DNA of 64,000 bases from the human T2T-CHM13v2.0 reference genome, Homo sapiens. Of this stretch, positions 54,291-64,000 are shown piece by piece; positions within the stretch are counted from its first letter, which is position 1, and each line of letters opens with the position of its first letter. The stretch is from assembly GCF_009914755.1 (NCBI RefSeq), contig NC_060931.1. The stretch is one strand, 5' to 3'. Under the pieces are notes generated by a model. It was not told the DNA's origin, searched no databases, and worked only from the letters and a program-made list of their open reading frames with translations. A program made the translations under genes and the position numbers.

Positions 54291-56391
54291 TTTGTATTCT
54301 TTGTCATGTGTGGTCACTGAAGTTTCTGCTCAATTAGCTTAGATGCAATCTCATGATTGAACAAAGATTTTCTTAAATAGCTCGAACCAATGTCTCCTGA
54401 ATAGCCTTTGTTGAGAGGCTCTGCATGCATGCTATAGCATGTCTTCAATCCTGACAGGCATTGCATGGCTATGTCTTAGCCTAAGCTTCTTGCTTGTCCA
54501 GAGCCTCAAGGTAAGCCAGAGTTGAGAGATTAGGGGCATCTCAATTTTTTCCTCAGCATGCACAAGTCTTCTACATGCACATGGCTTTTTCAATTCCCAG
54601 GAACATGTTTAGGCTTTGTAAAGCCCCTTGAATACTTCTCTTTCTACAGGTTTTTGACCTGCATATCAACACTGCCTCAGGCTTATGCAATGTTAAATAA
54701 TGCCACTGATTGTTTTTGACAGTCAGATAAGTCAAATATTGACAATCATCTTGAGATGAAGCTTTGGGATGCTCCAATCCTGTTTTGTTCCCCCCAATAG
54801 ATGCTCAGGGCTCATTTTCATGGCTACTGTGATTATGATGCTATCAGGTTTAAATGCTCTCCTGTAGTTTAGAGAAGGTCACAGGAATAGGGCAAGTTAA
54901 ACAATGCCACATAGCTCTCTGTTCTTACTGATATTCATACAGTTTTCTTGAATAGGCACTCCTTGGGTTGTTGCAAGTTTTGGTCAAGTTTCAGAGTTCT
55001 GAAAATATTGATTTTGACAATTTTTTTGCCAGTATTCTTGTTGCTTTTATAGATAAGTGGGTTTCTGGAAGTCCTTGCTCTACTGTTCTGGAAGTGACCA
55101 GAACAATCATTTTCTAATGTTTGCAAATAAGAATCCTGCCTGAGACATCATAGATGGATATGAACATTTAAATGATTGATTTAGCCCAATCGGGAAACAG
55201 CTATTTTCAGAGAGCTATAATCTCCCCATCTCCTCAACATAAAGCAAGAACTTTATATAAATTTAAACCTATATAGAGAGAGTTAGGTATCTTTTCAAAA
55301 AATTCTGTTTTTGTTTTTATGAGTAAGAACTCTATACGATTTACTACATATTCTTGCAATTAGCAAGATATAGAAAATAGATATTGTTGTCTGGTATTAA
55401 ATCAACTCCTTACTAAGAAACTGCTAATAACCTTTAAACACTGTTTTGACTTTCACAGAACTTGTCACAACATATAATAATATTAGATGAAACACATGAC
55501 TTTGCTGTATTTGAAATTCAAAAGTGATTTAATATCAGCAATTTTATGCAAATCAACATAATATAAATACTTCAACATATAAACTGCATGTTCATCCACT
55601 AGATTTTACACAATTATTTACTGTTTTCCTCACTATGTTCAAGGAGCTTAACTTTCTGACAAAGAGTTATCAGTAAATAAAAATTGAGTAAGCTACAATG
55701 TGTGAGAGCTGGAAGAGGGAAAATGGGATGAAAATTGGAAAAATTCTATAAGCCAATTAAAAAAGTATAGTTTATTTTTACACAAAAGTGAATTTGTCTT
55801 TTACTTTATTTTGGGGGCATTATATGTTTGTAAATATGATAATGACAGAGTTCTTTTTATGCTTTAGGAAATAAAAGGAGGCAGGGGGAAAAGACCAGTT
55901 ACGTGAAAACTCTTTTAAGAAAAAATGGAAGTAAGTGAACAAAGAACCTAGACCCAGAGACAGAAAATAAGGAAAACTAGAACATGGGCTTTAAAACGGT
56001 ATTGGCAACACTGTCAGAAGACACAGGACAAGTAGGACTTCATTGAAAGGAGTTTATTAGATTGAGCAATGAAGTTTTTGGTACCTTGGTTGAAAGTAGA
56101 TTCAGTGCATTGATAGGGGAATAATCCTGAGAGTGGGCCTTAATCAGGTGATTCATGGGTATGTGTGGAAGCCAGGAGTCTTCTGGGCCTGGTCCTAGTA
56201 AAAAGCAAAACAGATAATAGTGGATTGAATGAACTCATGGATTCTTCTTTTTCTAGACTATTACGATTATAAAGTTCTATGATAAAATGCTTTGTTAAAT
56301 TTTTTATGCTTATTTGTGGAATTATATCAATTCTTCTCGTCCTTCATTTGAATATAGATCACCCTAAGAATTTTGTAAAAACTATGGAACC

Positions 56392-56758
56392 TGCTATAGA
56401 CTGAGTATCTGTGTGCCCCAACCTCATAATTCACGTATTGAAACCTAATCTGTAATGTGAAAATATTTGGAAGCAGGTCTTTTAGGAAGTGATTAGGTCA
56501 TGAGGATGAAGCCCTTATGAATGGTATTAGTGCCCTTATGAAAGAGGCCCTAAAGAGCTGCCTGATTTCTTCTGCCTTGTGAGGATACAGTGAGAAGGCA
56601 CCATCTGTGAGCAAGGAAGCAAACCCTCACCAGAGACCATATCTGCCAGCATCTTGATCATGGACTGCCAGACTCCAGAAATGTGAGAAATAAATCCATA
56701 TTGTTTTTTAGCCACCCAGCCTGTGGGATTCTGTTACAGCCATGTGAAGACTAAGACA
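56392..56758 (+). mobile_element. MLT1A0 solo LTR
   Basis: TGCTATAGACTGAG...GACTAAGACA; perfect TSD GAACC (56387-56391, 56759-56763). Confidence 0.9.
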
Positions 56759-57183
56759 GAACCTCACTGCCCCCAAATGCAGGTTATTAGACATTCATAG
56801 ACCTCAGGTTAAAAACTGATGGATTAAAATAATTGAAAAATGTGGTGATTAGTTGATAGCCATTGTTGTTATGTGAGATCTCTTCTTAAATCTTCTTTTC
56901 TTCGCAGTGGGATAGAGTGCTACAAGAAAATAGCATTCTAATTTCATTCAGTGGAAAGTCATATCTCGGAACTGTTCTAATCTTTCCATATTATCTTCAT
57001 AGCTTTTCAATATATTTTTGTTGTCTATTTTGTTTATATGTGTCACTTTAATCTTTGAATTGTTAATTGCAATGTTCATTTATTTAATGATTAATACAAT
57101 TAATTATAATTTATAATACAAAAAAATTGTACAATAAAGAAGGAAAATATAATTTATTTACTTCTTCTCCTTGCCATATTTCC

Positions 57184-57300
57184 CATTAAAATCTCCACAA
57201 CTTTCACATAAATCTCTGCTTTCATTAAAATTTCCACAACTTTCACATAAATCTCTGCTTTCTTTAAAATCTCCACAACTTTCACATAAATCCCAGCTTA
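57184..57300 (+). repeat. Minisatellite, 3 x 39 bp
   Basis: Unit CATTAAAATCTCCACAACTTTCACATAAATCTCTGCTTT at 57184, 57223 and 57262. Confidence 0.95.
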
Positions 57301-58419
57301 TGGCATTTTTTATTTCAAAGTTTTTATTACCAACTCAGATGAAAGTTTATTATATAGCTTATTTTAAAAGTATCTCTGTTTTCACTCTTGTTCCTTCAAA
57401 GGTCTCCACACTAGCTATCATTTCATTCACTATCATTTATATATACATGTGTGTGTGCATAAATATATAATTATCTAATGGTTTAATCCAACATAAATGA
57501 CCTTTTTCTTTATTATAGACATATCCCGGATTAGAAGGTGTTCATACATAGTCCATCAGATTTAGAATTAACCTTTGTGGACATCTAATGTACTGTCAAC
57601 AATTCCTATACAAAGACAACTCTATAACAAGCAATATTCAATAAGATTAATGCTTAAGAGTTATGAAGGTAATGCAAATTGAAGCAAGATTTAAGGCAAC
57701 TTTTGTAGCCACTAAATGAACGAACATGACGTTTTTGAAATTGTAGTAAAATTGGTACACTTAGGAACCGCTGGAAGCATTATAACAGCACAAACTTTCT
57801 GAAAAGTATTAAGAGCTTACATTTGTGGTTAACTCCTTATATTTGTGGTAAATCCACATACCATGTAACATAGGTTACATGTTGATTAATACTTTTCAAC
57901 AAAGTAATCTTCTCTGTAATTAACTTATTCTAGGCAAACTGTCGCATGTCTAAAGATTATTCACTGTAGTGTCATTTATATTAGCAGAAAACACAGTTTA
58001 GTTATATCAGGATTTGGAAGTTTTGTAAATTAAATAGGGAAATAGAATATTATACAAACATTACAATAATTATAGCAACCCATTAAATATTTACCACATT
58101 AAATTAGTTGAAAATAAATGTTACTGAAAAGCTAAATTTTAAACACTTAAAACTTTAATGGAAAAAATACACTATAATCTTTTACTTTAAATTGGTACTG
58201 AATACTATATCTCACAGATTTACAACAGCAAAACCAACACAACAATTTCTTCTTTAACTACTACATCTATAGAGTTTTCATGGATTTATGTATCTCCCTA
58301 TAACCAGAAGGAATGAATTTTCTATTCTGAAGACTGAGTCACAGCATGCTGATGGAGAATCGGGCTGTCAATCATTCTGCCTAAGGACAAGTACTCAGAA
58401 CAAGGCCTGGCTGAGATGC

Positions 58420-58760
58420 CACAGGACCTCTGTGTAAATTTCTCTAAAAATGTAGGGCATAAATATGAGTCCTCCCTGGTGTTTTCCTGTTTTGGACCAT
58501 TGTACAGGCCAATGTGGCTCTCCACTCCTGCTAGCATGGCCTCACTCATGCCCCCTCGGTGTGGAGGCTGCTGCACCACATGTTCCATTCACTATAACCA
58601 CTGCACCTGCTGTGGCCCTGGCTGCATCCAGGAGCTCTGGGTCAGGAATGGTTATGACCGCAGGCACCTTCATGGATCAGAGAAACCATTTCCCAGAATC
58701 CCTCCACAGGGTCCACTCTGACACTTTATCTCCTGGACCAAAGCATGTGTGTTTGATTGT
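58420..58760 (-). mobile_element. Probable old MLT1-type MaLR LTR remnant
   Basis: Minus strand TTCTGGGAAATGGTTTCTC..GGAACATGTGGTGCAGCAGCC..CATGAG..GGCCATGCT resembles MLT1H-K. Confidence 0.35.
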
Positions 58761-59617
58761 GGAGGAGAGTGTTGGGATTAAGGGCCAGGCTGCTCAGGGT
58801 CAGTTCTCTGTGGGGCACTAGGAGCTCTATGAAATGGGAAAGGTTTCCTTGTCTCTCTGTACCTTAGTTTCTCCCTTTGCAATATGGAAGTGATAACAGC
58901 ACCTACCTCCATGACATAGTTTTGATTAGGATTAAATGAGTTAACACCTATAAAGCACTTAGAACTCTGCACTGTGTCATGCAAGTGTTTATGGAAGAAA
59001 AGAAGGAAGGGAGATAGGGAGAAAGAGAGAGAAGCAGAGAAGGAGGGAAGATTATTTTCGGCTACTGAATTATAAGAGTCAAACATTCAATCTAGCATTA
59101 AAAAGATCTTATATTTTTTAAAAAAAAATCTAGTAAGACAAACTTAATGGTTTAAAAAAATATGTAATTAGTTGAAAAAATCTAAATATTTATAAAAGAC
59201 TGACCTAAGAAAAGTGATACACAACGGCTAAAGGTAAACAGATTGACCAATATAAGGAGACAGAGGGAGAAATGATCATAGATACACCAGGCCAATTTAA
59301 CCAAAAGCAAAAGAGACAGGCCTTTTCATTTTTAAAGGCAGTGGAATGTAAGATAAAACATATTACCTATGATCGAGTTGCTAAATTTTTAATGAAGTTC
59401 CACAATAAAATTATAATGATTTAATTCTTTTCCTGCTAAATAGCATGGCATCACAATTTAGAAAGCAAAGATGGTGAAACGGAAATAATAAGCAAAAGAA
59501 GACTTAAAAGTTCTTTAAGTGAAATATAAAATACAGGAAAATAAATGCAGATGTAAAAATAGCATAATTGGCCATGCTGAGGTAATGACAAACATATCCA
59601 TAGGTACGCACTCTCAT

Positions 59618-59758
59618 TTTTTTTCTTATTTATTTATTGTATGAGAGAGGGCCTTGCTGTGTTGCCCACACTGGTCTCGAACTCCTGGGCTCAATTGAAC
59701 CTGCTCTCTTGACCTCCCAAAGTGCTGGGATTACAGGTGTGAGCCACCACACTTGGCC
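59618..59758 (-). mobile_element. FLAM_C / Alu left monomer
   Basis: GGTCTCGAACTCCTGGGCTCAA..CCCAAAGTGCTGGGATTACAGG; single arm. Confidence 0.88.
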
Positions 59759-59785
59759 TAGATATTCATTCTCAGTGATAGGCCT

Positions 59786-60148
59786 TGATATGGTTTAGCT
59801 GTGTCCCCACCCAAATCTCACTTTGAATTGTAGCTCCCATAATTCCCATGTGTCATGGGAAGGATTCAGTGGGAGATAATTGAATCAAGGGGATGGTTTC
59901 CCCCATACTGTTCTCAGGGTAGTAAATAAGTCTCAGGAGACCTGATGACTTTATAAGGGGTTTCCCTTTTCACTTGGCTCTTATTCTCTCTTTTCTGCCA
60001 CCACGTAAGATGTGCCTTTTGCCTTCCATCATGGTTGTGAGGCCTCCCCAGCCCATGTAGAACTGTGAATTCATTAAACCTCTTTTTCTTTATAAATTGC
60101 CTAGTCTCAGGTATGTCTTCATCAGCAGCATGAAAACGGACTAATACA
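59786..60148 (+). mobile_element. THE1B-like solo LTR
   Basis: TGATATGGTTTAGCTGTGTCCCCACCC...GGACTAATACA; perfect TSD GGCCT; TAATTGAATCA at 59877-59887; GGGGTTTCCC at 59957-59966. Confidence 0.92.
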
Positions 60149-60162
60149 GGCCTTAATATATA

Positions 60163-61315
60163 TTTTTTAAATTTCAACTTTTAGATAAAGGGAACACATG
60201 TACAAGTTTGTAAAATGGATATATTGTACTCAGGTAATGAGCAAAGTACCCAACAGGTAGTTTTTCAGCCCAGGCCCCCTCCCTCCTTTCCCCCTTCTGT
60301 CCATGTGTGCTCAATGTTTAGCTCCCACTTGAAAGCGAGAACATGCAGTATTTGGTTTGCTGTTCCTGCATTAACTCACTTCGGATTATGGTCTCCAGCT
60401 CCATACACATTGCTGCAAAGGATATGATTTTGTTGTTGTCACGGTTATATAGCAGCCCATGGTGTATCTGTACTACATTTTCTTCATCCAGTCCAGCCTT
60501 GATGGGCATCTAGGTTGATTCCATGTCTTTGCTATTGTGAATAACATGATGATGAGCATATAAGTGCATGTGTCTTTTTGGTATAATCTATTTTCCTCCG
60601 GGTATGTACACAGTAATGGGATTGCTGGGTGGAATGGTAGCTCTGTTTTAAGTTTGTTGAGAAATTTCCTCACTGCTTTCCACAGTGGCTGAACTAATTT
60701 ACATGCCCATCAGCAATGTATAAGCATTCCCTTTTTTCTACAGCCTCTCCAGCATCTGCTGTTTTTTGACTTTTTAATAAAAACATTCTGACAGGTATGA
60801 GATGGTCGCTTGTGTTGGTTTTGATTTGCATTTCTCTGATAACAAGTGGTGATGACCATTTTTTAACATTAATTTGTTGCTTGTGTGTCATCTTTTGAAA
60901 AGTGTCTATTCTTATCCTTTGACCATTTTTTAATTTGGTTATTTGTTTTTTGCTCATTGATTTGTTTAAACTCCTCGCAGATTCTGTATATTAGACCTTT
61001 GTTGGATGTATAGTTTGTGAGTATTTTCTCCATTCTTTAGGTTGTCTATTTACTCTATCGATAGTTTCTTTTGCTGTGCAGAAGCTCTTTAGTTTCATTA
61101 GGTCCCACTTGTCAATTTTTGTTTTTATTGTAATTGCCTTGGGGAACTTAGTCAAAAATTATTTGCCAAGGCCAGTGTTGAGAGGGTATTTCCTAGGTTT
61201 TCTTCGAGGATCTGTATAGTTGGAGGTCTTATATTTAAACCTTTAATCCATCTTGAGTTAATTTTTGTATATACTGAAAGGTGAGAATCCAGTTTCATTC
61301 TTCTGCATGTGGATA
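60163..61315 (-). mobile_element. L1PA15/16-like 3' portion
   Basis: ORFs 60473-60957 resemble the L1 ORF2 C-terminus (ELPFHPAIPLL..TIAKTWNQPRCPS); L1PA 3'UTR. Confidence 0.88.
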
Positions 61316-61910
61316 GGCATTAGTAATAATGATGGTTAACAATCTATAGATGAGAAAACTGAGGCTTAAATAACTTGCTTAAAAAATCATACAGATGATA
61401 ATGGGCAGAGGTGGAATTTAAATCCATTGATAAATGACACAATGCTAACCACAATCCTAGGATAAATGGGAACGAAAAACTGAGCCAACACTGGAAGGAG
61501 ATAGCAGAGATATGATATCCAATACCTTTCTCTTTCCTTTTTCTTCCTCCTTCCTTTCTTCTCGTCCTTCTTTCCTCCTTTATTTCTTGCTTTCTCTGAT
61601 ATTTTCATTTTTTAAAATCCAGACTGCTTATTAACCTGGCTTTCTTATTTTAAATGGTGGAGAGTAGAATCTCCATCTCAAACATGTTTGTATCACCCCA
61701 GGGGCTGTTAGGTGTCAACAGATATTTGTTTAATTGAATTGAAACAGAAAAAAAGAAACTTGAAAAAGAAAACATAGATGCAAATCACTAGGTAAACACT
61801 AAAATCTGGGTATGGTGTACCTTAATGTGAATACTTTTGAAATTTTAGTGACAAAGTTGCAATAATTTGCAGAATATTATTTTTCGCTTTTTGTCAAAGA
61901 GGACTGTCAA

Positions 61911-62274
<364 letters not shown>

Positions 62275-63263
62275 TCAAACTTAGGAGAGAAAGAGAACAC
62301 AAAACACAAATGAAAACGTTTCCTAACTCCTTCTCTTGAGATGTTTATCACCACCTTCTGTTCATCTACAAAGCTGGTGCAGATGGAATACTCTCCCTCC
62401 CTGGGGTTTCAGATCACAGGAAGAAGACATTATTATCATCCTCCTTATCACAAAAGAAAACTCTCGTTAGGATGATCTATGATAGAAACGTCCAGGGAAG
62501 ATGCTGCTCTCGGTGCCCTGGTGCTTCCTGTTCCTTGACCCGATTCTTCCCAGTTCAATGGGAAAATGAACAAGAGAATCTAGAGAGAGCCAAGACTAAT
62601 ACTCCATTCTCTTAACCTGTATTCATGTCTATCTTAATATTTTTTCTATCTTGCTTAGTTAAAAAGAGAGAGAGACAGAGAGAGCACTCACCCCTAGCCC
62701 AGAGTCATATGTGGGGTGCTTTGTCTGAGAGTTTGAGGAAAGGCCAATGCCACCAGCTCCCTGTCTTTTGGAATGGGATCTCTGGGGTGCATTAGCACTT
62801 CAGGCGAGACCCAGGCTTCCTGAGCTGCTCTCTTTACCATGGGCCCAGCTCTGGCTGAAAGCCTTCTGAGAGCTTGTTAGACTGCAGGAAGGCGAGAATC
62901 CTTCAGCAAGCCAGTGAGATCACTGCTGCACCCACCTGGGTCTAGGCTGGAGGTCTCTACATGAGGGCTGTCATGGAAAGGCTCGATCCCAAGACACTGA
63001 GGTCACCCTGGTAAGCAGATGTGGAGAAGGGAGCCAGGCCCGGGAGGAGGAAGACTGACTTAATGGAAATGTTTAAGTTTTTCTTTGTAAGAAAAATAAA
63101 AAGCCAATCCACAAATTTACATTACATTATAATGGCCTATAAACTGGGCAGAATATATAATTATAATGAGGAATTTCAGAAAACAATGCTGCTTCTGAAT
63201 ATTTTAATAATATAAAATAATAATTTGGGGTTATGTTTTTGTTTTTGTTTTGTTTTGTTTTCT

Positions 63264-63400
63264 GGCCAGACACAGTATCTCACACCTGTATTTTCAGCAT
63301 TTTGGGAGGCTGAGGCAAGAGGAACCCTTGAGGACAGAAATTTGATACTAGTCTGGGCAACACAGGGAGATCCTATCTCTATAAAATAAAATAAATACTT
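63264..63400 (+). mobile_element. FLAM / Alu left monomer preceded by (GTTTT)n
   Basis: GGCCAGACACAGT..CACACCTGTA..GGGAGGCTGAGGCAAGAGGA; single arm with A-rich end. Confidence 0.8.
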
Positions 63401-64000
63401 AAAAAATATATTTTTTTAAATTAGCAGAAAACTAAGGAACTCAATGGGCTTTCATGTCAGGGATCAGCTAAATGATTTTTATAATTTACAGAATTATGAG
63501 ATGCACTTTTAAGTAATGCAAAATGATTATAAATTATATTTCTTCTGATGTGTTTACTCCTACTTTTACATTTTAGGTTAATAATCTACCTTAGCTATTT
63601 TGGAAATAGATAGGGAATAAATATTAACCTAGTAAAACAAGATAAATTATGTATTTAATTAACTTTCCACATTCTATTAATAACCTTTAAAAGTTTATAT
63701 ATCACATACACTGGATTTGAATGCTAAATAATAATTGTTTAGACTATTTAAGTCTAAAATTCAAAATCTTGGGGTGAGAGGGGGCTTAAAATTTGTAAAG
63801 TGAAAAACTGATATTTGAGGATTGAATTACCATGTGGTAGTCCAGGTTATTCTTGAACATCTCCACTGACAGGAAATGGTGTCTCTAATAATAGCTTATT
63901 GCATCTTTAGACTGTTTAACTGTGCTGAAATCCTTCCTTACATTGGCTGTTTCCAAGCAAGTTCCCACTAATTAATTGATAGGTCTTTATTTTGTTGATG

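Noticed and set aside
58322-58821. Cys-rich ORF (CGGCCTTC..HCTCCGPGC) resembling metallothionein or keratin-associated proteins
   Set aside because: Spacing fits neither family, ORFs overlap in several frames, and the DNA looks like an antisense MLT1-type LTR remnant.

Overview
This is primate genomic DNA (AluY present, most likely human), AT-rich and dominated by interspersed repeats: Alu (J/S/Y and monomers), fragmented L1 (L1PA/PB/MA/MB/MC/MD/ME), solo LTRs (MER21, LTR16, MER51, MER34, LTR47, MER66, THE1B x2, MSTA/MSTB, MLT1/MLT2), an orphan ERVL integrase fragment, MER53/MER20/MER5 DNA elements and MIRs. I cannot support any protein-coding gene, processed pseudogene, tRNA/rRNA, CpG island or CRISPR array. 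The supplied ORFs are repeat-derived or chance ORFs, so the window looks intergenic or deep-intronic. Repeat subfamily names come from recalled consensus sequences and need RepeatMasker/Dfam confirmation. Boundaries without a TSD are approximate. I found no convincing new biological system. The best leads are regulatory or structural: (1) a MER51 LTR carrying kB, GAS and AP-1 motifs beside a perfect ISRE; (2) a CCAAT x3 + TATA promoter-like unit with a possible spliced small ORF near 12.1-12.7 kb; (3) an old L1MA element with a twin-priming-type 5' inversion next to an AT-rich palindrome; (4) motif clusters in repeat-free islands at 26.7, 44.5 and 50.7 kb; (5) a THE1B LTR retaining DUX4 and kB motifs; (6) a 3x39-bp minisatellite.
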